Positions 27,073 through 40,829 of a stretch of DNA of 64,000 nt are shown in pieces. The position numbers were made by a program, and so were the translations under genes. The stretch is from contig JAQGDQ010001010.1 of assembly GCA_030141605.1 (NCBI GenBank), forward strand, positions 6,758 to 70,757. Direction: 5' to 3'. Source of the stretch: Tubiluchus corallicola. Taxonomy: Eukaryota > Animalia > Priapulida. Within the stretch, counting starts at the first letter, position 1. Every line of letters begins with the position of its first letter. Under the pieces are notes generated by a model. That model worked only from the letters and a program-made list of their open reading frames with translations. It was not told the DNA's origin and did not search any database.

Positions 27073-27106
27073 CTCCTATTTTACGGAAAAAGAATCTGTA
27101 CTTCAT
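27073..27106 (-). CDS. Tandem-ILEI type II membrane protein (FAM3/POMGNT1-stem-like), coding exon 1 (MKYRFFFRKIG)
   Basis: ATG at 27106 lies inside an exon with acceptor tttcag (exon begins 27216). The donor G|gtaatt is phase 1 and matches the next exon. The basic short N-terminus suits a type II signal anchor. Confidence 0.75.
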
Positions 27107-27576
27107 GCTGTTAGCCGGTACGATCAGACGTTTGCACTTTCTTCTAAAGAGAATGATGACTGTACGGACAAACTGCTTTTAATCCTAGCAAATCACAGTG
27201 TTACAATAATATTAACCTGAAACAGAAAAACACGATAATAATATCTGCATTTTTAAGATAAGAAATCTCTGTCATGAAAATGCTGGTAGGATTTTAAGTA
27301 AGACATTTTTACTGGGTTTTTTCTAAAACAGATTTTTATAGGCTTATTGATTTTCTTTGTCAACAAGTAAATTTCCCTGTTCCTTTAGACTTAGATTTAT
27401 TGTATGCAATGCCAGTGTGTAGCACTTCTTTGTTGGAGCTGACACTAAGCTTATGACTAGGACATTGATCTAGTAATTGTTGTTGGTACCAGCCGGCACA
27501 CAAGAAATATCACTTAGTTAAAAAGCTTCCTGGTTTAGTGAAGCGTTGGCTGTTAAAAAATATAATGAAAAAGCTG

Positions 27577-29018
27577 ACACTCTCAGTAACTCACTGGCAG
27601 TCACACAGTAAACTCTCTGACTAGCTCACACTCTCAGTAACTCACTGGCAGTCACACAGTAAACTCTCTGACTAGCTCACACTCAGTAACTCACTGGCAG
27701 TCATTTAGTAAACTATCTGACTAGCTCGCACTCAGTAACTCACTGGCAGTCACTCTGTAAACTCTCTGACTAGCTCACACTCAGTAACTCACTGGCAGTC
27801 ACTCAGTAAACTCTCTAACTAGCTCACACTCAGAAACTCACTGGCAGTCACTCAGTAAACTCTCTGACTAGCTCACACTCAGTAACTCACTGCCAGCCAC
27901 ACAGTAAACTCTCTGACTAGCTCACACTGTCAGTAACTCACTGGCAGTCACTCAGTAAACTCTCTGACTAGCTCACACTCTCAGTAACTCACTAACAGTC
28001 ACTCAGTAAACTCTCTGACTAGCTCACACTCGGTAACTCACTGGCAGTCACACAGTAAACTCTCTCATTAGCTCACACTCAGTAACTCATTGGCAGTCAC
28101 ACAGTAAACTCTCTGACTAGCTCACACTCTCAGTAACTCACTGGCAGTCACACAGTAAACTCTCTGACTAGCTCACACTCTCAGTAACTCACTAACAGTC
28201 ACTCAGTAAACTCTCTGACTAGCTCACACTCGGTAACTCACTGGCAGTCACACAGTAAACTCTCTCATTAGCTCACACTCAGTAACTCATTGGCAGTCAC
28301 ACAGTAAACTCTCTGACTAGCTCACACTCAGTAACTCACTGGCAGTCACACAGTAAACTCTCTGACTAGCTCACACTCTCAGTAACTCACTAACAGTCAC
28401 TCAGTAAACTCTCTGACTAGCTCACACTCGGTAACTCACTGGCAGTCACACAGTAAACTCTCTCATTAGCTCACACTCAGTAACTCATTGGCAGTCACAC
28501 AGTAAACTCTCTGACTAGCTCACACTCAGTAACTCACTGGCAGTCACACAGTAAACTCTCTGACTAGCTCACACTCTCAGTAACTCACTAACAGTCACTC
28601 AGTAAACTCTCTGACTAGCTCACACTCGGTAACTCACTGGCAGTCACACAGTAAACTCTCTCATTAGCTCACACTCAGTAACTCACTGGCAGTCACTCAG
28701 TAAACTCTCTGACTAGCTCACACTCAGTAACTCACTGGCAGTCACACAGTAAACTCTCTGACTAGCTCACACTCAGTAACTCACTGGCAGTCACTCAGTA
28801 AACTCTCTGACTAGCTCACACTCGGTAACTCACTGGCAGTCACACAGTAAACTCTCTCATTAGCTCACACTCAGTAACTCACTGGCAGTCACACAGTAAA
28901 CTCTCTGACTAGCTCACACTCAGTAACTCACTGGCAGTCACTCAGTAAACTCTCTGACTAGGTCACACTCAGTAACTCACTGGCAGTCACTTAGTAAACT
29001 ATCTGACTAGCTCACACT
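27577..29018. repeat. 49-51-bp minisatellite, about 29 copies
   Basis: Unit CACACTCAGTAACTCACTGGCAGTCACACAGTAAACTCTCTGACTAGCT, head-to-tail with no spacers. Confidence 0.97.
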
Positions 29019-29398
29019 AAGTCTCTGGTAAGGCAAACTCTTGAAATGCTTCTAAGTTTGGCAAACTTGGCTCATTGGAAAGTCATAAGTCATTTCTTTC
29101 ACATTTACAATAGTTTCATGTACAACATATGGTGAAAGGGCCTAGAATAAACATAATACAAATAAGTTTTTGTTTCTGCACACTATGTTTGGCTCTAGAT
29201 ACAAAATTTCATTTCAAGATTGTAATAATTCGGTTGCACAAAAATAATCTGATGGACAAACACGGAACATACGTAATACAAAATAAATCGTCCTCTGCAA
29301 TCTGCCTAAATATTTTGGTACTACAAATTTCAACAGCAACCATTGAAATCAAACAAGTATAACTTTCATGTGGAAGTTGGAGTTGTACATTGTAATTA

Positions 29399-29792
29399 GG
29401 TGCTGCCATCTATGTGCTAATCCTGTCACATTCTGCCAGCTGACTTACCTTCAGTATAATTGTACGGTCCAGTGACTACATACACACTGGTCCTCTCATT
29501 ATCTAAAATTAATGGTTGTTGTGAAGCCTGTGCAACTCTGCATAGGTCAAGTTCTAGACCTCTATACTGGCTGTGAAACAGGTTTTACTGACTGTTTTTG
29601 CTTTCTAGTTTTAGCTCAATGTTCAGTGCAGCAGTTTTGCTACTCATGTTTTCTGTAGTTTAATAAACATTTTTCTGTTGTGTGCAGTGCAAATATTTAT
29701 TATAGATTTTTGGTTACTATCCCTACTTCTCTGTGCCTAAACTCAATCATAACAAAGTGACTGAACAACAACTTCAAAAACGACTTTCACAT
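29399..29792. repeat. Dispersed repeat; inverted copy at about 57447-57843
   Basis: About 390 bp of reverse-complement similarity. Confidence 0.7.
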
Positions 29793-32700
29793 TTCATACA
29801 CATACTATCAAAATGGATTATTTGTGTGCTTGCAAACCAAAACTGCCCAAAGTTGGCATAGTTGAAACTACGTTACGATGCTTTAAAGTAGAAAGCACCA
29901 AAAATTTGGTCAAATGTTGATTTTTTATTTTTTATAAAAACAAACATTAAATATACTGGACTTTTATATTCTGACACCAAATTATCGGGAAAATGTCCAA
30001 AAAATACTAAAAATCTAATTTTGTAACTTCTTACCCACTTTACCAGTCTAAAAACTAGTACTGCAGTTGTAAAAAAACTTGTATTTTCTAACTCCGATTG
30101 TAGCTCGTGGAAGCAGCCATTCTGCTTCGGGTATTTTTCTGTTGACAACCCCAGACCTTCATCAGGAAGAACCATCTACTGGATTTAAATGTAACTTCAA
30201 TTTGATCTTGTAAAATCCATAGGAACCACACGTTGCTAAGTGTTTTCTAGAGATGCGACAAAAAACAAAGGCTGACTTTAACAGCGATTTTCTCAAGAAT
30301 CATGTTTTTCATTGAGCAGCCTGCACCTCAACTTCAACGTGGCTTATCTCAGCTTAGAAATAACATGGAGCAATGAGCTTGAAATCAATGTGATCCTCAT
30401 GAAATGGCGATTCAGGATATGTGAATAACTAGAAAAACTTAATTGCCGACTTATGGATGATTTTGCTATGCAAGTACACATTTACTTATTTATCATTTAC
30501 CAAAACTGCGTTTAGTATAAAAACAGGCTAATATAATTAAACATCATGTATTATTACAGAGGTAGTCTCAGGAGAGTAAGAAGACAACGCAGCAGTATTC
30601 AGATTCTCACAGACAGTGAAATTAATCAAACGTAATTTTAATGTACCACCACGAATACCTCATAAGGTTAAACAAACATAACTTAGTGTGCACAGAATCA
30701 TAATAACCAGGGTAATATAAATATTTACATACAATCTAGGAAGCTAAAATAAATACTTTTCTTCGTTGAAAAACGGTTTATATGAATAATATAAATGCAT
30801 TCAACAACCACTAGCACCTCCATATTGCTATTTTTGTCAGCGAAATCTCTGCAGCTAAATGCACCTCAACCTTCAGCGCAAATTCCACTAGCCGCGTACA
30901 CTGTGACAAATTATACTAAAGTACAATTACAATTATTGTCAATGTAGTAAGATTGTTCTATTTATATTAATGGCTGATCATACATTAACTCTATGCACAT
31001 ACTGTTGAGTGCAAATAGCAAACAAAAACACTGTCGGCAAATAAGCTGGTAGCCATGCTACATTGATTACAACAATGGTTAAACCTTTGCAAAATTCTTG
31101 GTTTCATCCATCATTTCATCCCACATTAAAGGAAAGGCCAAGACTTCTTTGAAGTTTGGCTTATTTCAGTTTGGTTTATTTCAACTATGTGTGTAATAAG
31201 CAATTATACTTTTATTAATACTATTTTATTAGAAATATTAAACTAGATTTTACTAATTCTTATGAAACCGTTTGTTTCATACAGCAGGTGCAGGACCAGC
31301 TCTGTCACTGAGCAAACTAGGCAGTTGCCTATGTCGCCAAATTCTACATGTTTTCTGTAATTTTAAATTTCGGCGTAAATAATGATCTAGCAGCCTATAT
31401 GTGTAATTGTTTAGGTGCACAACACTTTAATATACGTTCCTTTTGCTCTTAATTCATATTTTTTGCATAGATCAGCAGATCATTCAGTTGAGAAAAAGTT
31501 TCTTGCTATAGCATTTATAATAATTATGGCAAACTTAAAAGAAATTGAAGTCTTGTTGAGTGTAAAACAGGATACGAAGGGTTAAGAGGGGTTTTTTTTG
31601 AACAAAAATACATTTCACAAAAAAATTGCCAAAATTTTTTTCCTCAGAAAACTTTTTCATGGAAGTCAAACTGGTATTCAGATAACATAATTTTTTGTTT
31701 ATCAATCAAGCGTCTATACAATAGCTTCACAATAAGCTTAGAAAGTACTGGCAAAATTGCGCTAATTGCATGCTGTTTCAGATACTCTAATGATAAAGAA
31801 TGTGTGTGGCTGAAATGCTGAATTATCCGAATCTATAATTGTAGGTTCGAATCGATTTCGAATTAAAAAACTTGTTCGAACCTTCAACGCTCACCCCTAT
31901 GATAATAACTTTAATTTTGTTCCTATTACAATTGACTTTTAACCACTATTTTTTACGCCATACATGTAACTCATTTCAACAGATATGTACAGTATTACGA
32001 CACTTATCAAAGTTTGCATAAGTTACTTAAAAAGTGCCATCGTCTGCGTCATCATTAATGGTAAATTTTTATAAACATGCATGACCAGCTTAGAGAGGCA
32101 CAACCTCTACAGTATAGAACATTATGCACTAATTATTCATTTAACAGAAGTGGAGTAGGTAATGAATAGCAGACCAGTAGAAAAAATTGATACAGTAAAT
32201 TATGTATTTACAACAAGCCAAATAGGTAAAGATTAGGCAGATCTGTAGAGAAGAAATTGATACAATAACAAATGGCTAAGTGTTTGAAAATAAAGTTAAA
32301 GTAATTAATCATAATGCTTTATACATTAAGAGAAGGCTTATTAGGGTACATAGATAAACTTTCTTTTATTAGAATGTCCCAGTTATTTGCAGCTCTGACC
32401 ACAATGCTGAAATTACTAAAATCCTTATTAAGACCAAAGCTACAAATAACTAGGACATATTAATAAAAGAAAATTATCTATTGACCCTGATAAGCCTTCT
32501 CTTAATGCACAAAGCAATTAAATTCTTTCAACGTTACTCTAAACCACTGCTATTTATTACTGTATTAATTTTGTTTTCTAAAGATTGCTTATTCATTACT
32601 AGGGGTAAGCATTCTCTATCAGAAAGCTAATTCGAATCGAATCGAATTTGTGACCTTCGAAGTCGAATTGAACCAAACTTAGGTATTTCGAATTTGAATA

Positions 32701-35700
32701 TGAAAAGATTTTTGAATAAGATTTCGAATCAAGAGTAAAAATTAGTCTTACACAGAACATGCATATTACTCGATTTCGTTCTACAGTAAAACCACCAATA
32801 ATTTGTTTAAAATTGTGCACCTAGTTAAATAAATCACAGCTAAATTATGCTAATCGCTTGATGCTTCATTCGTTTTAATGATAAAGATCACATATGACTG
32901 AAATGCTGAAATATTCCAATCTATAGTTTTAGGTTCAAATCGAATTCGAACTGAAAAAAACCGTTTAAATCGAATTCGAATGTTTGTATTCAATTTGAAC
33001 TTCCGATGCCCACACAATTCATTACCTGTTTGGCTTCTCTTAAACATGTAATTAATACATAACATTGTATACTGTTGGCTCTGCCTCTATAAACTCGTAT
33101 GTTCGTTAAAACTTACCTTCGCTCACGACAGCAGTAGCTCTGTCAAATCGTTTGACATGATTTTTCATTACAGCTATTTAAAATCAAGGTCCCAGCTTGG
33201 CAGCCAGAGTGTTAGGTGTATTTTGTTAACTCAAAAGCTATTATGAAAATGGAGATGTTTTGATCCTGAATTCTATGGCGGTTTATGTGGTTTCGCGTGC
33301 TCTCTCCACTTGTATGCACAACTGATGAGCTCTTCAACACTGTAACACCTTAATTAATTTTATTGTTCTTCAAAACTTACTTCAACATGTTCGTTCAAAA
33401 TGATTTCCCTGTACAACAAACAGTCATTCAATTATTTGGATTCTTTTGCCACTCTTTCACCACTAATCATTGAGTAATCAATAATTATTTTTGCACTTTG
33501 TAATATTATTGTATGTTGTATAGATTTATAAATCTCTTAGTTATGTAATTTGCTATTTTAAAATTGGTGATAAACTTATAAACTTACTTACTTATTTTCG
33601 GCAAACTACAGCAACTTTTAATATCCTCGTTTGAGATGTTCTAATTTTTCATGTTCTCAAAGTTTTCCACTGTGGTTTGGCTCAGAACTCTATGGTTTGG
33701 CTAGAGATGTTTGTATAGGGCATCAAGTGACAGAACACTACCGTCCTTTCGGCTCTCTATTTCCTGCAGTCGCTTTGTAAGCTATCGTCTGCACGAGTGT
33801 TTTTGCTTTTTGTACATTGAATAATTGTCGTTAGTTACAGCGTACTGGTAGCAGGATGTTCAATGGCAGTTGGTGTGCGGTATAAAATTGAATACAAGGA
33901 GGTGCGTTATAGTTTACATAAGAGACCAGTAGTACCTTTTTAGACTTTTAAGTTTTGTAAGTTGTTAGCCTTGGTGTTCAGTGACGCCAGTTATTCAACT
34001 CTTACTCTTACTCTTACTTAGATTATTATATTATCATTAATGACATTGTTAAATATACGTTATTTAGCATATATAAATAGCCACATTTTAAAAACATCTT
34101 TGAATAACAATAAAAATTTATTAAATACAGTCTGTTGGCTAAAAGCACTGTGAACGCCTCACTTTAAGTAAATTTAAGACTTCAGTGTTTCAGTTTGTTT
34201 AAAAAAACTTATTTAAATTCCATTTGATTAATTTAACATGATGTACTAATCATGCTGCATAATTTCCAAAAGTTTCTGGTGTCTGTCATTATTTATAACT
34301 AAAATTAAAAATTTAGCAGCACTGAGTACAGTACCATGTGCCGGTTTTTGCATGTTACCTGCGGTCCTCTTTTTGTGCATATCTGATTTGATTCCTGTTA
34401 GAACAATATTCAAGTGGTAATCATAAGGTGGCAGCCATTTTGGCTAAGTACAATGAGGCGTTCTTCGTACCGCTTTTCACCATTTTCAACAGAAATTAGT
34501 CCAGAGGCCTGTTAAGTAACCACTTTGTGTAATAATCTACTTGTTTTGCTACTAAAGTCAACATCTATTGCTTGTTTAACATCATAAAGTCAATAATTAA
34601 TACAATTTTGCCAATTTTGCACTTCTGAGGTATGCATTCATATGTCTGTCCGTTGTGTCAACAACTGTTTTTTAGACCTTTTAGTGGTTTTTACAAAAAA
34701 TAAAAATAACTCAAGTTTAATAACTACTTTGTCCTGATGTTAGTGCCGTTGTATAATGCAAAAAAGGTGAAACTACACTTAGTTTGCAATATATACATGA
34801 GCGTAGACCCAAGTGTGTATGTCTGTCCAGTACGCCAACAAAAGCAAACAGCCTTCTGGCTTGAGTTCAGTCATCTGTTTTGTGAAAAATATAGAATTCC
34901 TCATACATGTTATGAGAAATATGGAGCATGCATACGAACTATTATTAGTTAGAAAAGCAGAATTGATATCAGTAGGCTGTTTTTTTTGTTAAATATGCCA
35001 AAACAGGTGGCTTAAAGGGCTAAATTTATTAATGAAACTTAGTATATTCACGAATCTTGACATATTGGCTTCTTATCTATGCTTGCAGTCCCATGATATC
35101 ATCAAAAACTAAGCTTTTTAGTAAAACTATGTTAATTTAATTTAGAAAATGAAATTAAGGTTTGATAACTTGGTTTATTTTTATTTAAAAAACGTAAAAA
35201 GTGTTACAAATTATGCATTACAACAAAAATTAAGTTAGTTTTATATAATTTGTATTTCCATGTCACTGAAGCACTTCTGCAGCTAACAACCTACTGATGT
35301 TTGAAAAGCAAACTATGCTAAATATTTGTTAATGTTTAAACTGTTAGAAAAGCATTTTAACATGAAAGACTTATCGTCTCTCTTATACAGCCGAGAAATA
35401 CATGATTTTCTTAAAATTGTTGTAACTTTGTAACTTTTCATCTAATTTATAAACCAAATGTAGTTTTATGAAGTACAGAAGAGTTTTTTAGATTTAATAG
35501 ATTTATTTCGCAATAAACATATACATATACATTACATGTGCATCGATAATCAGTTTTTGTTAATACAAAAATATGATACAATTCATGAATTCTGCGCTAG
35601 AGACCTAAGAAGCTAGCTTATGGTAGCTTTCATTTTCTATATCATACAAACACCTACGTGAAATTTTTTCCCTCACGGTGGCGAAATTTGGAGCCATTCG

Positions 35701-35970
35701 CTGGGCTTTTACCCTATTGTAATTTTTACATTGTATATTGGGGGTCCTTAGTTTGTCACGTGTGCTGTGTGTTAAGCATGCGCATATATGCATTGCATAC
35801 TTTATTGTGTTTTTGTACTTCTCTTTGACTTGTACATTTTTTTTATAAGTAAATAAGCCCAGGAGAAGTTGTTACTTGTACAAATTGTGCTTGCTGAGGG
35901 TAAACCCATGAGATGCATCTTTAATTCCCCGTTAAAACAACAAGTTAAGGAAAAACCGGATGATTGATTA

Positions 35971-36372
35971 GTAGGGGTGAGCATTCTCTACCAGAAAGCG
36001 AATTCGACTCGAACCGAATTTGTGACTTTCGAATTTGAATCGAACCGAACTTCAGTGTTTCGAATTCGAACCGAATTCGAATTGAGATTGAAAGATTTTC
36101 GAACTAGTTTTCGAACCACCAGTAAAAATTAGTCTTACAAAGATCATGCATGTCACTAGATTTTGTTCTGTAATAAAACGACTAGTAATTGGTATAAAAT
36201 TGTGTGCAGAAATCACTGCTAAATCACGCTAATTGCATGATGTTTCTATCGGTTTAGTGATAAAGAACATATGTGATTGAAGTGCTGAATTATTCGAATC
36301 TATAGTTTTGGATTCGAATCGAGTTCGAACTAAACAAACTCGTTCGAATCGAATTTGAGCGTTCACCCCAAC
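35971..36372. mobile_element. MITE with TTCGAA-rich subterminal repeats; relatives at about 31770-31900 and 32598-33010
   Basis: Ends TAGGGGTGAGC...GTTCACCCCAA and shared internal sequence. Confidence 0.65.
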
Positions 36373-37401
36373 TGATTAGACACAATCTCATTTTGATTTG
36401 CTGTCCAAAAATACGTTTTCTTGAATAATTACCTTGCAAAGTTAATCAACAGCAACTGAGCGTTAGCCATTGCTTACATCACAAACTATCCACGGTTTGT
36501 GCAATAGTAGGCATCTTCCCTGCACGTCAAGCGAAGATTGCTATAAGATCCTGATGTGATGTCATGAAAATAATCTGTACGTGACACTGATGTCACAGAC
36601 GAACACCGTAGCTCATGACCACGCTTATCACGATTTTGAACAGGAAAAACATTTCATGAGCTACTGTTCAACATTCAGTGTAATATACAAAAACTTGTCA
36701 AGTTTTAAGATAAAAATTCAAATTTAAATTTAGCGTGCTGCACGCATGAGCTGTCGAACGAGTGTAGTTATGTCACAAACTAACACATCTGAACTGTGAG
36801 GTTTGGCATCTGTTTTTTGTGCAAAGCATTTCCGAAATGTAGGCACCAAAGCCCGTCTGACTAGCGAATAGCGAAATGCATGTAACTGTGAAGAACTAGC
36901 GGCGCGAACGTGAAATTGTGTGGTAATAATTCCTTCACGTAAGTCATTTTTGAAAAAAAAGTATGTTTTCTTTCAATATTTTAAAAAGTAGACTGTTTTG
37001 AGATTGGATTCTGTTTTGCTTTAAAATTTTATACTACTGTTTTGTGCTTTATAAACCTGTGTTGCAATTTATTTTGATAAATTAAATAAGTGTAGCTTTT
37101 AGAAATATTTTTTTTTGAGATTCATCATTCATTTTGTATATCAATACTGTTTCTCTCAGTTATTTTATATGATAATTATGTTATTATGAATACATGAAAA
37201 AGTCTCTTAAAAGTTAGAACTTGGTGGGTTGTTTATTCTTGTTAATTTCATAAACGTTAGTTTTCTGTGTCCATTAATTTCACTGTTTTTCTTTATTATT
37301 ATTATTATTATTATTTTATTTCATTATTTCTTTAATTGCTATCATTAATTAATGTAAGTTTTGTCAGTGCTGCACTTTGAAAGCTTTATCTTTTGCCAGT
37401 A

Positions 37402-37910
37402 CAGTGAACCTCGAGTATAAGGTACTCGCTTATAAGGGGCACTCGCTTATAAGGGACACTCACTTTTAAGGGACCACCAACACCAGTTTTGATTTTTTGT
37501 AACGTTTTTCCTACGTAAAAATCTTCGTATATAAGGTACTCGGATATAAGGGACTTTCGGTTATAAAGGACGATATTTTCAGGTCCCGAGTAATAGAAAC
37601 CCAGGTAAATTACCTCGCATATAAGGGACCCTATGATCAAAGCGAAATTGATCGATTTTTAACCTCAATTTTTCACAAACTCGGCTTTCGAACAGCCCGG
37701 TTTTCGCGGTCACATGCATCACTGAAGGAGCTTCCTACGTACCTTTTGCACTGAATGTGTAGCAATAATCCATAAAAATATGGGTAAAAATACAGAAAAG
37801 TACAGGTCTAGATACACCCTCGGTCCGACTCAACTTCGGCTATAAAGGACATCGGATATAAGGGACGGTTTTTCTGGTTCACAGGTGCCCCTTATATCCG
37901 AGGTTGACTG
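37402..37910. mobile_element. pogo/Tigger-like MITE family B
   Basis: TIRs CAGTGAACCTCG / CGAGGTTGACTG with TA TSD. Confidence 0.85.
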
Positions 37911-37994
37911 TATATGTTGCAACACTTCGTACAGCCGATGATCTGTTGGTTTGTTTTCATTATTTTTTCTTCATTCTTTTTCAGTTGCAGAGCA

Positions 37995-38067
37995 ATGAGA
38001 AAGTTGCAGGAGTCATTCGATTTGAGGCTGCCGATTGTTTCCCTGGAGCGTATTACCTGCGCATGCT
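37995..38067 (+). CDS. SUEL-lectin/EGF protein, candidate first coding exon (MRKLQESFDLRLPIVSLERITCAC)
   Basis: Polypyrimidine acceptor just upstream, ATG in gcaATGa context, and donor T|gtaagt (phase 1) joining in frame to the signal-peptide exon. No homology support. Confidence 0.5.
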
Positions 38068-38869
38068 GTAAGTTTGCAAGTTTACTCCTGCCTTATAAAC
38101 GAGTAAAATAAATTTCGATTTCCACAACTCGCGTTTGATCAGCGGTGTAGCAAGTGCTTGTGGTGCCCGGGAGCAAAAGACTTCTGGCGCCCTACCCCTT
38201 TAAAATGTTTTGATCATTTATTTCGCGGGTGAAGCCAGAAATCCTGCACGTTTTTTGCTCCTCTGAGCTCAATTTTTTAACAACTTTTTAACTTCAAACT
38301 CCAAGGGTACTAAAATCATTTAAATTAAAATAGCTAACTTACAATGAGTACTTTCTGAAAGAATAAAAATACTAAGATTAACTATTTGTTCAAGTATTCA
38401 TTGTGTTTTGTAGCAAAAGAAGCAAACTGAACAATTAAATCTACTAACAGCTGCAATAAAACCATTTAAAATAAACCCTTAAAGTTGTAAACCGTTTAAC
38501 AAAGTGCTTAAATAGTTTATCAGTTTTATAAACAGAAGGGCAGCTCCATGGTTAGGGTGGTAAAATGATTTCTTCTTTTAATTTTGTTTTACTTTTCTGC
38601 CGCTTTATGTTGACGGTGTTTTTAATACGAACATAAATGCACGTTCAACATAGCGGCAGTGATGTAGCAAGTGCTTGTGGTGCTCGGGGGGAAAAAACTT
38701 CTGGTGCCCTACCCCTTTAAAAAGTTTTGATCATTTATTTCATGGAAGAAGCCAGAAATTGTCTGCGTTTTGTGTCTCTGAGCCCGACGTTCCTATTACG
38801 ACATGATGGGATGAATGGACTTTGATAACCTGGAACTCATTGCTAAACAATTTAGTTCAGTTTAAACAT

Positions 38870-39295
38870 AATTTATTTAGGATTGGATCAGACTGTTTGT
38901 ACAACATGATTTAGGATCCTCATCACAACAGACTTTATACACTATTTACAAGAACATTTACAGTAAGAATAGACTCTACTTAGTTTTTAGTATACTTTAG
39001 TATACTAAAGTTTTACTACAGTGATACATTAGACATTAGTAGAAAATGACGGTTAGTAAATATTAATGTACGATTATTTAAGAATGATGCATTTTATATC
39101 AGATAGAAACTACTGGAAGCGTTTAGTACGTAATATAAAGTCATGTATACATTGGAATATTTTACAGTTAGTAACATAGTTAAATTCATCTTTACCGAAT
39201 AATAACAACTTCAACAGATCATTATTTCCTAAGACAGCTACATTAAGGTTTTCGGGCAGAAGTATTGCATTTAATTTATCAAACCAGTGGTTCAA
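38870..39295 (-). mobile_element. Degraded LINE 3' fragment
   Basis: LLLFG.......N..IF...H.FI..TKRF resembles the C-terminus of CR1/L2-group ORF2. Confidence 0.55.
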
Positions 39296-40721
39296 TGGTT
39301 TTAAGTTGCAAAAACAACTGCTGTAACAACTAGGGCATGCAACAAGTTGCCCCGGTTTCCCCTACTTATCCTAACTCTCCATTGACGTATAACCTCAACG
39401 TATCATCTTTTAATGTTATCAGTATGGAGTTTTCCTCTTGGTAATAAGAAATTAGAGTGTGAAATTTGGGCAGCCTCACACTTGCATCTGGTTTGATTCA
39501 CTGAAAAATAAAAAAAGTGCTGCTAAAATAAGCATTGCAATGTACTTCTCTCTACATGCCGTTAATTTTTGGCGCCCTCCCCTTTTAACGTTTTGATCAT
39601 TTGCTTCATGGGTGAAGCCACTAATTATGTGTAATCTGTTGCGTCCCTCAGCCCGACTTTCCTGTTTCGACATGATGGGATAAAGATAAACGAATTTTCT
39701 AAGAATTCATCTCTGAGACTGATTTGTGGTACAGCAGCAGAGTAACTCTTTTCCATGCATCAGTTGCTCATAACACGACAGTCATTAAACATTCAGCTCC
39801 AGCATTAAATCATGTAAATATTAAGAAATATGCAGAACACTTCAGGTTTTCACAATGATACAATCAGCATTTACAGAAACGTCACTATTTCTTCCAAAAT
39901 TATCAATCTGCTAAGCCAAACACCACCCTACATTCGCTGCTAAGTAACAACATTAACCTGTTTGCTAGGCCGTATGTAGTAATTAAGTCAGCTACGATGA
40001 TCTCTGATTAAGCAATTTTGTTGTAGTTTGAAAACTTTGTTAATTATTTTGTTAATGTCGGATTAGTAACTAATAATTAACAAAAAAAATTTGCATCCTC
40101 TCACCCTTGCGCCCAGCGGCGTTTACCCCCTTTCGACCCCCCCCTCTTGTTACGCCTCTACGATCGATTTACAAAATGGCTTCGCGTTTGTCTCTCGTTT
40201 AAAATAAAAATGGCGTATTCGTTCGATTATAAAAATTGCCAATAAAATCCGCAAGAGGTCGTTACCCGGCCACTCAACCGTCGCAAATTAATGAAACTAT
40301 ATTTCTAAGAGATAATTTATGAAAATTCATAGTTTTTTATGGCTATGGCTGTGCGAGGCGTCGTTGGAGACTTTTATCCCTGGATAAAATGTGGTTTTAC
40401 TATAACCTCCGTTTAGCAAGCTGAATATGCTTTTAAAAAGAGAGGGGGGTGAGATTTAATGATTAATTTGCACAAGATCTAGCAAGATTTATGAAAATCA
40501 TATTTCAGCTACGATGATCTCTGATTAAGCAATTTTGTTGTAGTTTGAAAACTTTTGTTAATTGTTTTGTTAATGTCGGATTAGTAATTAACAATTAACA
40601 GTCATTGAACTCTAGAAAAATTTTGCGTCCTCTCTCCCTTGCACCCGGGGACAGTTGTGCCCTGTCGCCCCCACCTTGCTGTGCCTCTGCATTTGATAAT
40701 TGCTGCTGTTATTTTTTGTAG

Positions 40722-40829
40722 GGCTGAACAGCGTTGCATTGCGAGCCGTGTTAATTGTTCTTCTGTCTTGTGCAAGATACGGTGAAAGTAAAGCACCGTT
40801 GAAAGTTAAGGTTATCTCTACGTCTTACA
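40722..40829 (+). CDS. SUEL-lectin/EGF protein, signal-peptide exon (LNSVALRAVLIVLLSCARYGESKAPLKVKVISTSY)
   Basis: Acceptor ttttgtag and donor A|gtaagt, phase 1/1; hydrophobic core followed by a small-residue cleavage region. Confidence 0.7.

Noticed and set aside
27577-29018. CRISPR-like regular array
   Set aside because: Units are head-to-tail with no unique spacers, there are no cas genes, and the context is eukaryotic. The same applies to 55728-57137.
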